Of a DNA stretch of 64,000 nucleotides, positions 21,598 to 32,300 are shown piece by piece. Numbering within the stretch: the first letter of the stretch is position 1; the number at the start of each line of letters is the position of its first letter. A model generated the notes under the pieces. The model was not told the origin of the DNA and made no database searches. It saw only the letters and a program-made list of their open reading frames with translations. The translations under genes were made by a program, and so were the position numbers. Source of the DNA: Flavobacteriales bacterium (GTDB lineage: Bacteria; Bacteroidota; Bacteroidia; Flavobacteriales_F; PHOS-HE28); assembly GCA_019912395.1 (NCBI GenBank), contig JAIOIH010000014.1:16800-80799 (forward strand). The letters are read 5' to 3'.

Positions 21598-23880
21598 ATG
21601 AGCCATCACTTATTACCGATCGCACATGCGGCCATGGACCAGCACGGAGCATGGCGTGTACCGCATGATCTGCTTGAACACCTTACTGGCGTTGCTTACC
21701 GCGCCGTTGTGAATGCCGCCCCTTTCGGAGGTGAAGATTGGGTGCGCATCTCCGCGATGCTGCATGACCTTGGCAAGTACCAACCCGATTGGCAGCACTA
21801 CATAAGGAAAGCAAGCGGTTTCGAACCTGAGGCGCATATTGAAAACAAAGGAGACCACCCTAATCACTCCACAGCAGGTGCTTTGTGGGCGCACGAGAAA
21901 CTTGGCCCAACGGGCAATGTGCTGGCCTATCTGATCGCAGGACACCACGCCGGACTGAGCGACTGGAACACGGAGAACTCCAACTTGGAGTATCGCCTCG
22001 GCCTTCCTGATAGCCGAACCGAACTCGATGAGAGCTTGAAAGGTGCGCCCGCCGAACTCTTGAATTCCATCGCACCACTACCCTCCCTACAGACCGTTCC
22101 CGGCACCAAGAACGGTTTCGCGCTCTGGGTCCGTATGCTCTTCTCTTGCTTGGTGGATGCGGACTTTCTGGATACTGAAGCCTACATGAACCCGGACAAG
22201 GGTAGCGAGCGCGGAAATTGGCCGCAGCTCTCAGCATTGCACGAGGCGTTCGATAGTTACATGACGGACAAGACGCACGGTGCTGCTGCCACAACGGTCA
22301 ACCGTTTGCGCGCGGACATTCTCATGCAATGCCGAGAGAAAGCACAGGAGGCTCCCGGCCTCTTCTCGCTCACCGTGCCTACCGGCGGTGGCAAGACGCT
22401 CTCATCCATGGCTTTCGCTTTGGAGCATGCCAAAGCGCATCCTGAGAAGCGCCGCATCATCTACGTCATTCCCTACACCAGCATCATCGAGCAAACGGCC
22501 GATGAGTTCCGAAAGGCGTTCGCGGCCGTGGGTGATGAGATGCTCATCGAGCACCACAGCAATGCCGAGGCCGATCCGAAGGTGGAGAACAGCCGAAGCC
22601 GCCTTTCCTGCGAGAATTGGGATGCTCCGGTAGTGGTCACCACCAGTGTGCAATTCTTCGAGTCGCTCTTCGCATCGAAGACCTCACGTTGCCGCAAGCT
22701 CCACAACATCTGCAACAGCATTGTGGTGCTGGACGAAGCGCAGTTACTGCCCCCGGAATTCCTCCAACCCATACTGGATGCGCTGAACCTATTGAGCAAA
22801 CACTACGGCGTTACGGTAGTGCTCTCCACCGCCACGCAACCCGCGTTGGCCACAGTGAACAACTACTTGGACGCGAGGAAACACATCCAGGGACTTGACA
22901 ACGTGCGCGAGATCATCGCCGACCCGGATGCGCTTTACCGGCAGCTACAGCGCGTACAAGTGGAATTGCCTGCGGAGATGAACTCGCACGCGCCTTGGGA
23001 GAACATCGCCGCGCGCATCGGCAAACACGAGAATGTGCTGGCTATCGTGAACACGCGCAAGGATGCGCGCGAACTGCACCAGCTTTTGCCCAAGGACACC
23101 TTGCACTTGTCCGCTCTCATGTGCGGTGCGCACCGCAGCGCGGTTATCGGGGACATCAAGCAGCGCATGAAGGATGGCACGCCGACACGCGTTGTCTCCA
23201 CCCAACTGGTCGAAGCCGGAGTGGATATCGACTTTCCCGTGGTTTACCGCGCAATGGCCGGACTCGATTCCATTGCCCAAGCCGCTGGAAGGTGCAACCG
23301 TGAAGGAAAGTTGGAATATGGCAAGGTGGTTGTATTCATACCGCCGAAGGACCCACCGAAGGGTCTTCTATTGAAAGGTACCAATGCCTGCAAGAGCGTA
23401 CTACATGGAAACAGCGCTGATCCGTTGGACAGGAAGTTGTTCGACGCGTACTTCACCAAGCTTTACTACGAGTGCGACCTGGACAAGAAGCAGATCCGAG
23501 TTGACCTGCGCATGGATGGCAAACTCGACAATACCCTTGCCGTGAACTTCCGCACCGCCGCCGAGAACTTCAAGCTGATCGAGGATGGCGATCAGGTCTC
23601 CGTTGTGGTGCGCTACATGGAGCCGGACAAGGAAGGGCGCACCATCGATTACTGGCTGAGCACCCTGAAGAAGGAAGGTCCACAACGCTGGCTGATGCGG
23701 AAGCTCCAGCGCTACATCGTGCGCATCCATCAGCGGCATGCGATGCCCATGCTCGCGCATGGAGACATCAAGGAACTCGTGCCTGGCCTCTTCGCGCAAA
23801 CGGCTGATGGCATCTACAACGCCGAATTCGGATTGCAACTTGACCACGTCCAACTCACTCCTGACAAATACATGGTTTGA
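21598..23880 (+). CDS. cas3: CRISPR-associated helicase/nuclease Cas3
   Basis: HD domain (HDLGK, GHHAGL, LVDADFLDT), Walker A VPTGGGKT, DEAQ, STATQP, QAAGRCNREG. Confidence 0.97.
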   Translation: MSHHLLPIAHAAMDQHGAWRVPHDLLEHLTGVAYRAVVNAAPFGGEDWVRISAMLHDLGKYQPDWQHYIRKASGFEPEAHIENKGDHPNHSTAGALWAHEKLGPTGNVLAYLIAGHHAGLSDWNTENSNLEYRLGLPDSRTELDESLKGAPAELLNSIAPLPSLQTVPGTKNGFALWVRMLFSCLVDADFLDTEAYMNPDKGSERGNWPQLSALHEAFDSYMTDKTHGAAATTVNRLRADILMQCREKAQEAPGLFSLTVPTGGGKTLSSMAFALEHAKAHPEKRRIIYVIPYTSIIEQTADEFRKAFAAVGDEMLIEHHSNAEADPKVENSRSRLSCENWDAPVVVTTSVQFFESLFASKTSRCRKLHNICNSIVVLDEAQLLPPEFLQPILDALNLLSKHYGVTVVLSTATQPALATVNNYLDARKHIQGLDNVREIIADPDALYRQLQRVQVELPAEMNSHAPWENIAARIGKHENVLAIVNTRKDARELHQLLPKDTLHLSALMCGAHRSAVIGDIKQRMKDGTPTRVVSTQLVEAGVDIDFPVVYRAMAGLDSIAQAAGRCNREGKLEYGKVVVFIPPKDPPKGLLLKGTNACKSVLHGNSADPLDRKLFDAYFTKLYYECDLDKKQIRVDLRMDGKLDNTLAVNFRTAAENFKLIEDGDQVSVVVRYMEPDKEGRTIDYWLSTLKKEGPQRWLMRKLQRYIVRIHQRHAMPMLAHGDIKELVPGLFAQTADGIYNAEFGLQLDHVQLTPDKYMV

Positions 23881-23882
23881 AC

Positions 23883-24548
23883 ATGAAACGATACTGCCTC
23901 GAAGTTACCGGCGATTATGCCTGCTTCACCCGTCCCGAAATGAAGGTGGAACGCGTGAGCTACGATGTGATCACGCCCTCGGCCGCCCGCGCGGTGTTCG
24001 AGGCCATCCTGTGGAAGCCCGCCATCCGCTGGCATGTGCGCAAGGTGGAAGTGCTCAAATCCGTGCGTTGGATGAACCTGCGGCGCAACGAGGTGGCCAG
24101 TGTGGTGAGTACCCGCAACGTGCAAACGGCCATGAAGAACGGCAAAGGCGACCTCGGAGTGTACATCGAAGACGACCGCCAGCAACGCGCCGGCCTTTTC
24201 CTACGTGATGTCGCCTATCGCCTGCACGCCGACCTGGAGTTCATCCGCGACAAGGACAAGGAAGGCAACGCGCGCAAGTACGAGGAGATGTTCGAGCGCC
24301 GCGCCCAGAAAGGCCAATGCGTGAACCAGCCCTACCTCGGTTGCCGCGAGTTCGCCGCGCACTTCCGGCTGGTCGAGGACCCGGCCAAGGAAGCCGCGCC
24401 CGTTGGCATGGACGAGAAGCTTGGCTACATGCTCCACGACCTGGATTTCTCGAACCCGAACGACCCTCAACCGAAGTTCTTCCGGGCCGAAGTGAAGAGC
24501 GGCGTGATGGAAGTGCCGGAGCTGGACCATAACACCGTACACGCATGA
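23883..24548 (+). CDS. cas5: Type I-C Cas5 (Cas5d)
   Basis: GDYACFTRPEMKVERVSYDVITPSAAR...PYLGCREF. Confidence 0.96.
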   Translation: MKRYCLEVTGDYACFTRPEMKVERVSYDVITPSAARAVFEAILWKPAIRWHVRKVEVLKSVRWMNLRRNEVASVVSTRNVQTAMKNGKGDLGVYIEDDRQQRAGLFLRDVAYRLHADLEFIRDKDKEGNARKYEEMFERRAQKGQCVNQPYLGCREFAAHFRLVEDPAKEAAPVGMDEKLGYMLHDLDFSNPNDPQPKFFRAEVKSGVMEVPELDHNTVHA

Positions 24549-26296
24549 TCTTGCAAGCACTCAACGACTATTACCAGCGCAAGCAGGCTTCGCCGGATGC
24601 GAGCGACCGCCTACCCGCGTTCGGCCTGGAGGAAAAAGCCATTCCGTTCATCATTGAACTGGCTGCGGATGGCACGTTGGTGAACATCGCGGATACGCAC
24701 GAGGACCAAGGGAAGAAGAAAGTCGCCCAGAAGTTCTTGGTTCCGATGAGCGTCAAGCGGGCGTCCGGCGTCGCGGCTAATCTGCTCTGGGATACGGCTG
24801 AATATGTGCTCGGGGTGGGCAAAGAGGGCAGCAAACCCGACCGCGTCTTGGAACAACACACGGCCTTCCGAAAGCGCATAGAGAGGCTACCTGAACGCTA
24901 TAGGAGCGATGTCGGCCTCAAAGCCGTCCATCATTTCCTGGCGACCCTTGAAGTGGCTAAACTGACAACATTGTCTGCCTGGGAAGAGATACAGGCCACT
25001 AACCCCGTGATGAGCTTCCGCCTGAACGGCGACGCTCAACTTATCTGCCAGCGGTTGGGGTTAACCTCTGTCGAGGAGGGCGATGGCGACACACCAATCG
25101 TCAATGGCGTTTGTCTTGTGACCGGCGAGGAAACGCCCATTGAACGCTTGCACCCAGCGATCAAAGGAGTTTGGGGTGCACAGTCCTCCGGCGCTAACAT
25201 CGTCTCCTACAATGCCGACGCCTTCCGCTCCTATGGCAAGAATCAAGGCGACAATGCAGCTGTCGGGAAACAAGCGGCATTCGCATACACCACGGCCTTG
25301 AACCATTTGCTCGCCAGCGGTTCACGTCAACGTGTTCAGGTCGGAGATGCATCGACCGTATTCTGGGCGGATGAAGAACATGACCTGGAGAAGCTGGTGC
25401 CCGACCTGTTCGGAGAACCACCCAAGGACGATCCGGATCGGGGTACCGAGGCCCTGAAAGCACTCCATCAGTCAGCTCGTTCAGGCAAATTCGTGAAAGG
25501 CCAACCCGAGGACAAGTTCCATGTACTCGGTCTTGCGCCCAATGCCGCCCGCATCTCCATCCGCTTCTGGGAAACAGCATCGGCACAGGACATCGCCAAG
25601 CGCATTGAACAGCACTTCGAGGACATCAACGTCGCACGTAGCAAGAACGACCCTGAACACCTGTCGATCTTCCGCATCCTCTCAAGTATTGCAGCACAAG
25701 GGAAAGCGGACAACATCCCGCCCAACCTAAGTGGCGACATCATGCGCTCGATCATCGAGGCATTGCCCTACCCCGCGACCTTGCTCAACCTCGCTGTTCA
25801 ACGTTGCCGCGCTGAACAAGACGTACGGTACCCGCGCGCCGCCGCGATAAAAGCCTGCCTCAATCGCACCATTCGCCGCAACAACCAGAACACCACTGAA
25901 CCCGAAACACTTTTCACCGCCATGTTAGACCCGAACAACACCAACAACGCCTACCGGCTGGGGCGCCTTTTCGCCGCCCTGGAGAAGACGCAGGAAGATG
26001 CCAGCCCCGGACTCAATGCCACTATTCGCGACCGCTACTATGGCGCGGCATCAAGCACCCCGGCAGCCGTGTTCTCCACGCTGCTCCGACTAAAGAACCA
26101 TCACATCGGCAAGCTTCATGCAGGACAATCCGTAAACCGCGAGAAACTCATCGGAGAGATCATGAACGGACTCGACCGTTTCCCCGGTCATTTGCCCTTA
26201 CCGGAGCAAGCCCGTTTCGCGTTGGGCTACTACCACCAACGCCAAGATTTCTTCAAAGGAAAGACCGCCACACCCGACGAACCCACCAACAACTAA
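24545..26296 (+). CDS. cas8c: Type I-C large subunit Cas8c (Csd1)
   Basis: [10 protein letters not shown]...NLLWDTAEY...CLVTG...[14 protein letters not shown]...AYRLGRLFA...FALGYYHQ. Confidence 0.96.
   Translation: MILQALNDYYQRKQASPDASDRLPAFGLEEKAIPFIIELAADGTLVNIADTHEDQGKKKVAQKFLVPMSVKRASGVAANLLWDTAEYVLGVGKEGSKPDRVLEQHTAFRKRIERLPERYRSDVGLKAVHHFLATLEVAKLTTLSAWEEIQATNPVMSFRLNGDAQLICQRLGLTSVEEGDGDTPIVNGVCLVTGEETPIERLHPAIKGVWGAQSSGANIVSYNADAFRSYGKNQGDNAAVGKQAAFAYTTALNHLLASGSRQRVQVGDASTVFWADEEHDLEKLVPDLFGEPPKDDPDRGTEALKALHQSARSGKFVKGQPEDKFHVLGLAPNAARISIRFWETASAQDIAKRIEQHFEDINVARSKNDPEHLSIFRILSSIAAQGKADNIPPNLSGDIMRSIIEALPYPATLLNLAVQRCRAEQDVRYPRAAAIKACLNRTIRRNNQNTTEPETLFTAMLDPNNTNNAYRLGRLFAALEKTQEDASPGLNATIRDRYYGAASSTPAAVFSTLLRLKNHHIGKLHAGQSVNREKLIGEIMNGLDRFPGHLPLPEQARFALGYYHQRQDFFKGKTATPDEPTNN
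25922..26296 (+). CDS. cas11: Putative Cas11c from an internal in-frame start in cas8c
   Basis: In-frame ATG 25922 ([18 protein letters not shown]) at the position where type I-C systems are known to translate the hidden small subunit. Confidence 0.6.
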   Translation: MLDPNNTNNAYRLGRLFAALEKTQEDASPGLNATIRDRYYGAASSTPAAVFSTLLRLKNHHIGKLHAGQSVNREKLIGEIMNGLDRFPGHLPLPEQARFALGYYHQRQDFFKGKTATPDEPTNN

Positions 26297-26310
26297 CAAA
26301 CGCAAGACCC

Positions 26311-27219
26311 ATGAGCCTGAATAACCGCTTCGACTTCGTCCTCCTCTTCGATGTGAAGGACGGCAACCCCAATGGCGACCCTGATGCCGGCAACCTGCCG
26401 CGCCTCGATGCCGAAACTGGCCACGGCCTAGTGACCGACGTTTCCTTGAAGCGCAAGGTGCGCAACTACGTAGGCTTGGTAAAAGGGGAGCAACCACCCT
26501 ATGAGATCTACGTGAAGGAAAAAGCCATCTTGAACAAAACGCACGAACGCGCATACGAGGCCATCGGCGTGAAGCTCGACGGCGAAGGCGACAAGAAGAA
26601 GCGCAAGGGCGGCGGCGATGACGTGAACAACGCACGCAACTGGATGTGCAAGAACTTCTTCGACGTGCGCACCTTCGGTGCTGTCATGTCCACGGGTGTA
26701 AACTGTGGTCAGGTTCGCGGCCCGGTGCAACTCACCTTCGGTCGTTCCATCGACCCCATCGTGGCGCTGGAGCATTCCATTACGCGCATGGCCGTTGCTA
26801 CCGAGGCCGAAGCCGAAAAGCAAGACGGCGACAATCGTACCATGGGCCGCAAACACACCGTACCCTATGGCGTGTATCGCTCACACGGTTTCGTTTCGTC
26901 CTTCCTCGCCAAGCAAACCGGCTTCGATGAGAATGACTTACAAATGCTCTGGGATGCCTTGAAGGCGATGTTCGAGCAGGACCGCAGCGCAGCGCGTGGA
27001 CAGATGGCAACGCGTGGGCTGTATGTGTTCCAACATGAGAGCGAGTTGGGCAACGCACCGGCCCATGACCTCTTCAACCGCATCACCGTTCGCCGCAAGG
27101 CGGATGTGGAGGTTGCCCGCGACTTCAGCGACTACGAAGTGCTGGTGAACGAGAACAACATGCCGCAGGGCGTGAAGCTCCTGAAGCTCTACGTGCCGGA
27201 AGTGCTGGAGGTCGAATAG
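26311..27219 (+). CDS. cas7: Type I-C Cas7 (Csd2)
   Basis: [14 protein letters not shown]...[11 protein letters not shown]...DVRTFGAVM...RTMGRK. Confidence 0.96.
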   Translation: MSLNNRFDFVLLFDVKDGNPNGDPDAGNLPRLDAETGHGLVTDVSLKRKVRNYVGLVKGEQPPYEIYVKEKAILNKTHERAYEAIGVKLDGEGDKKKRKGGGDDVNNARNWMCKNFFDVRTFGAVMSTGVNCGQVRGPVQLTFGRSIDPIVALEHSITRMAVATEAEAEKQDGDNRTMGRKHTVPYGVYRSHGFVSSFLAKQTGFDENDLQMLWDALKAMFEQDRSAARGQMATRGLYVFQHESELGNAPAHDLFNRITVRRKADVEVARDFSDYEVLVNENNMPQGVKLLKLYVPEVLEVE

Positions 27220-27232
27220 TGCGGCATGCCGG

Positions 27233-27853
27233 ATGGAAGCCCTCGCCCCCATCCCCATCTCCGCCCTGCAACACTGGATGTACTGCCCCCGGCAGTGCGC
27301 CTTGATCCATGTGGAGCAGGTGTTCGCGGACAACGTGCATACCGCACGCGGCAACGCCGTGCATAAGCTGGTGGACGAACCGGGGTACGAGATGAAGAAG
27401 GGTGTGAAGGTCGAGCGGTCGCTTCCCTTGTGGAGCGACCGCATCGGCCTCATCGGCAAGGCCGATCTGGTGGAGTTCCATCCGGATGGAACCGTGTTCC
27501 CCGTGGAGTTCAAGCACGGGCCCAAGCGCAAGCACACCCACGACGACATTCAACTCGCCGCGCAAGCGATATGCCTGGAAGAGATGCTCGGCAAGCCCGT
27601 GGCCAAGGGAGCCATCTACCACGCCAGCAGCCGCAGACGCCGTGTAGTGGACATCGGTGCAGGATTGCGGACCTTGGTGGTACGGACCACCGAAGCCGTG
27701 CGCGCCAACATTCAAGAGGGGCGCTTGCCACCACCCGTGAACGATGAACGCTGCAAACACTGTTCCTTGAATGACATCTGCCAACCAGGGGTTTTGGTTG
27801 ACAGGCATGTTCAAGCCAGTCTCCGAGCCCAACTTTATGAAGCGGATACTTGA
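27233..27853 (+). CDS. cas4: Cas4 exonuclease
   Basis: YCPRQ, GKADLVE...PVEFKHG, QLAAQAICLEE, CKHCSLNDIC. Confidence 0.95.
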   Translation: MEALAPIPISALQHWMYCPRQCALIHVEQVFADNVHTARGNAVHKLVDEPGYEMKKGVKVERSLPLWSDRIGLIGKADLVEFHPDGTVFPVEFKHGPKRKHTHDDIQLAAQAICLEEMLGKPVAKGAIYHASSRRRRVVDIGAGLRTLVVRTTEAVRANIQEGRLPPPVNDERCKHCSLNDICQPGVLVDRHVQASLRAQLYEADT

Positions 27854-28887
27854 TGCACCATCTGGAGAACACGCTATACGTAATGACGCCCAATGCATAC
27901 GCGCATTTGGAGAACGCCACGGTGCGCATCGACGTGGAGCGCGTGAAGAAGCTGCAAGTCCCTCTGCACCATTTGGGCGGTCTGGTGTGCTTCGGCAACG
28001 TCATGGTTTCGCCCGGTCTGATGCATAAGCTGGCGGACGAGGGGAAGAGCCTTGTGCTGCTGGACTACAACGGCCGCTTCAAAGCGCGGTTGGAAGGCGG
28101 TATCAGCGGCAACATCCTTTTACGCAAAGCCCAATACAAAGCAGCGGACAACCCGACGGTGACCTTGGAAATGGCACGTGCCATCATCGCGGGAAAGGTC
28201 AAGAACAGCCGCACCGTGTTGCTACGTGGGGCACGTGAAACAGACGATTCGAACGACATCGCCAAGTTGGATGCCGTTGCGCTCAGCCTTGCCCAAACGT
28301 TGAGCAACCTGAAGCACGCCGCTGACGTGGACACGTTGCGCGGTTTGGAAGGCGAAGCCGCCAAGAACTATTTCGGTGTACTTCCGCTCATCATCAAGCC
28401 GCAATACCGTGAAGCATTCGCGCTCAATGGCCGCACCCGTCGCCCGCCACTGGACCGGACCAATGCGCTGCTCTCCTTCTTGTACGCCATGCTCATGAAC
28501 GATTGCCGTTCAGCACTGGAAGCAGTTGGGCTGGACCCGCAACTCGGATTCCTCCATGCCGTCCGTCCCGGTCGCGCAGCACTGGCCTTGGACCTTCAAG
28601 AAGAATTCCGCTCCGTGGTCGTGGACCGCTTCGCGCTCACCCTCATCAACCGGGGCCAAGTGAACACCGATGCCTTCGACACCCGCGAAGGCGGCGCGGT
28701 GATGCTCACCGAGAAAGGGCGCAAAGCCGTGGTAGTGGCCTGGCAGGAACGAAAGCAGGAGATCATCACCCATCCACTCACCGAAAGCAAGATGCCCATC
28801 GGCTTGCTACCCTTCATGCAAGCCCGCTTCATGGCGCGTACGATCCGTGGCGAAATGGAGGGATACATACCCTACATGGCCAGATAG
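27853..28887 (+). CDS. cas1: Cas1 (type I-C)
   Basis: NTLYV...LRGLEGEAAKNYF...RRPPLDRTNALLSFLY...GFLH...LALDLQEEFR. Confidence 0.97.
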   Translation: MHHLENTLYVMTPNAYAHLENATVRIDVERVKKLQVPLHHLGGLVCFGNVMVSPGLMHKLADEGKSLVLLDYNGRFKARLEGGISGNILLRKAQYKAADNPTVTLEMARAIIAGKVKNSRTVLLRGARETDDSNDIAKLDAVALSLAQTLSNLKHAADVDTLRGLEGEAAKNYFGVLPLIIKPQYREAFALNGRTRRPPLDRTNALLSFLYAMLMNDCRSALEAVGLDPQLGFLHAVRPGRAALALDLQEEFRSVVVDRFALTLINRGQVNTDAFDTREGGAVMLTEKGRKAVVVAWQERKQEIITHPLTESKMPIGLLPFMQARFMARTIRGEMEGYIPYMAR

Positions 28888-29178
28888 ATGCTCATCATTG
28901 CCAGCTACGATGTCTCTACCCTCACCGCAGGCGGCCGGAAGCGCCTTCGCCGTGTGGCCAAGCTCTGCGAACGCAAGGGCCAGCGAGTGCAGAAGAGCGT
29001 CTTCGAATTCGAGGTGAACCAAATGCAATATGAGCAACTTGAACGCGAACTGCTCGCCGAGATCGATGAATTGGAGGACAGCCTCCGTTTCTACCGGCTC
29101 ACTGAACCAGCACATTTGCGGGTGAAGCAGTACGGAAATTTCAAGAGCACCGACTTTGACAAACCACTTATAGTGTAA
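28888..29178 (+). CDS. cas2: Cas2
   Basis: SYDVST...[20 protein letters not shown]...DSLRFY. Confidence 0.96.
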   Translation: MLIIASYDVSTLTAGGRKRLRRVAKLCERKGQRVQKSVFEFEVNQMQYEQLERELLAEIDELEDSLRFYRLTEPAHLRVKQYGNFKSTDFDKPLIV

Positions 29179-29373
29179 CTTGAGGCAACGCGCCCTGCGC
29201 GAACCCTAAGTGACAATGAAAACCCAGCAGGTTCGCGACCCGCACAAAGCCTTGATCACCAACGGGTCGGAGAGACCTTGCCAAACGCTCTTTGTTTCCT
29301 GTTCCTTCGGTGCGATACCTTTCGCGCCAACCCGAGCCAAATCACACTGCCAGCAAGCGTTTGAAGTGGCGCG
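29179..29373 (+). promoter_or_regulatory. CRISPR leader
   Basis: Between cas2 and the first repeat; contains the inverted motif CGCGAACC...GGTTCGCG often seen in I-C leaders. Confidence 0.7.
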
Positions 29374-32300
29374 GTTCGTCCGGCGCAATGTGCCGGACGC
29401 GGATTGAAACGCCTACGTCCTCGTGGATCTGCGTAACGCTCAGGGGTTCGTCCGGCGCAATGTGCCGGACGCGGATTGAAACCCTATCGTCCCGGTCCCT
29501 TCGTCCACGCTCAGAACGTTCGTCCGGCGCAATGTGCCGGACGCGGATTGAAACAGGCTACAGGACCGTGAGAACGCGCAGGCTAATGTTCGTCCGGCGC
29601 AATGTGCCGGACGCGGATTGAAACACAGTTACGGAAGCCGACAAGGTAGCCGAACTGGAGTTCGTCCGGCGCAATGTGCCGGACGCGGATTGAAACTTCT
29701 CGTCCTTGATGTAATCGTGTACCGCGAAGGTTCGTCCGGCGCAATGTGCCGGACGCGGATTGAAACATTTGCAAGCCCTCGGTGTATCCAAAGAGTAGCC
29801 GTTCGTCCGGCGCAATGTGCCGGACGCGGATTGAAACAGGCTACAGGACCGTGAGAACGCGCAGGCTAATGTTCGTCCGGCGCAATGTGCCGGACGCGGA
29901 TTGAAACCTCTACCAGAACGGTATGCTTGACGATTGCCGGGGTTCGTCCGGCGCAATGTGCCGGACGCGGATTGAAACACGAAGTCGCGGGCCTCTTGGC
30001 TCACGTCCGCAAGTTCGTCCGGCGCAATGTGCCGGACGCGGATTGAAACACCAACGTAGAGGTGGGCATGGACCAATACAACGAGTTCGTCCGGCGCAAT
30101 GTGCCGGACGCGGATTGAAACAAGGCATACAGCAGTTGCACGGCAGGCTTGAAGGAGTTCGTCCGGCGCAATGTGCCGGACGCGGATTGAAACAGGCCGG
30201 TGACAAAGGCAAGGATCGCCGCCTTTACAGTTCGTCCGGCGCAATGTGCCGGACGCGGATTGAAACAAAGGTCAGATAGTCGCCAACAGCCACCACGTTC
30301 GCGTTCGTCCGGCGCAATGTGCCGGACGCGGATTGAAACCGGGCAGCAGGTGGAGGACCATCCACCCCGCAGAGTTCGTCCGGCGCAATGTGCCGGACGC
30401 GGATTGAAACACGCGGTCCCTTCGGTACAAAGATAACACAAAAAGGTTCGTCCGGCGCAATGTGCCGGACGCGGATTGAAACACAGAACTGACCTTGCCT
30501 TTCGGCACCAGTACAAGTTCGTCCGGCGCAATGTGCCGGACGCGGATTGAAACCTCGTCCTTGGCCATGCTGCAAATGTGGCCGCAGTTCGTCCGGCGCA
30601 ATGTGCCGGACGCGGATTGAAACCTGGCCAACATGGATGCCGAGAAGGTTTCCAACGGTTCGTCCGGCGCAATGTGCCGGACGCGGATTGAAACAGTCGG
30701 TCAACCTTGGCGAGGACCTCGGCCTCGGTGGTTCGTCCGGCGCAATGTGCCGGACGCGGATTGAAACCTGATGGCCGCCAACGGCATGTTCATGGTACAC
30801 AGTTCGTCCGGCGCAATGTGCCGGACGCGGATTGAAACATCGGCAACTATCAAGGTGAATCCTCCGCGTGGGTTCGTCCGGCGCAATGTGCCGGACGCGG
30901 ATTGAAACATCCGCCACCTGTCATCGGCAGAGGTGAAGGAGGTGGTTCGTCCGGCGCAATGTGCCGGACGCGGATTGAAACTATTTGGTGGTTCGGGTCC
31001 TATCAACTTATATTTGTTCGTCCGGCGCAATGTGCCGGACGCGGATTGAAACACGGCCTCCCAATCCTCTTGGCTTTGCTCTTTACCGTTCGTCCGGCGC
31101 AATGTGCCGGACGCGGATTGAAACATTTTGTAGATGTTTTTTATCGCCGGAAAGCCTCGTTCGTCCGGCGCAATGTGCCGGACGCGGATTGAAACACAAG
31201 TCTCATGCGCTGTGCGCCGAACGTGCGCCTGTTCGTCCGGCGCAATGTGCCGGACGCGGATTGAAACCAATGATGGCAAGGCCGAACCGCCCCAAAAAAA
31301 GGTTCGTCCGGCGCAATGTGCCGGACGCGGATTGAAACGCCGAGGCGCACACACCCGTGGAGCGCGGCGACGAGTTCGTCCGGCGCAATGTGCCGGACGC
31401 GGATTGAAACCGCTGCTGGGTAGTCACCTGCACCACGCACCCGGTTCGTCCGGCGCAATGTGCCGGACGCGGATTGAAACTACTCCATCTGGTCCGATGC
31501 CAAGGACCGGGAAAGTTCGTCCGGCGCAATGTGCCGGACGCGGATTGAAACTGAGGTGATCACGCAACCCTTGTGGCGGCTGGCGGTTCGTCCGGCGCAA
31601 TGTGCCGGACGCGGATTGAAACCTGGAACCGGTACCGCGTGAACAGGCGGCGCGATGTTCGTCCGGCGCAATGTGCCGGACGCGGATTGAAACTCCAACA
31701 CGGTGATCTCTTTGAGGCGCATGCCGGAGTTCGTCCGGCGCAATGTGCCGGACGCGGATTGAAACTGAAACAATTAGAGATTTTGAAAATATATTTAAAG
31801 TTCGTCCGGCGCAATGTGCCGGACGCGGATTGAAACCTGAAGGTCTATCCACTGCCCGAAGGTGGCGCTCTCGTTCGTCCGGCGCAATGTGCCGGACGCG
31901 GATTGAAACAGCGCGTCTATCAGGTTGGTGTAGAAATCGCGCCCGTTCGTCCGGCGCAATGTGCCGGACGCGGATTGAAACCCAATCGGTACGGGGACCG
32001 CGTGCACAGCCGGATGTTCGTCCGGCGCAATGTGCCGGACGCGGATTGAAACGACCCGCATTGCAAGAGCTGCGATAGCGACCTGTGTTCGTCCGGCGCA
32101 ATGTGCCGGACGCGGATTGAAACTGGTAGATGTGAATGGTCTGCCCGGCCACCACCGGTTCGTCCGGCGCAATGTGCCGGACGCGGATTGAAACCCTGAC
32201 ATGTTGAACTACCGGAGCATCGTGGCGGTTCGTCCGGCGCAATGTGCCGGACGCGGATTGAAACTCCCTGCTCCCTGCCATGCTGAATGAAGAGCATGGC

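Noticed and set aside
31623-32015. Similarity between spacers 32 and 37 (ACCGCGTGAACAGGCGG versus ACCGCGTGCACAGCCGG)
   Set aside because: Short 15/17 match in GC-rich sequence among more than 100 spacers; could be chance.
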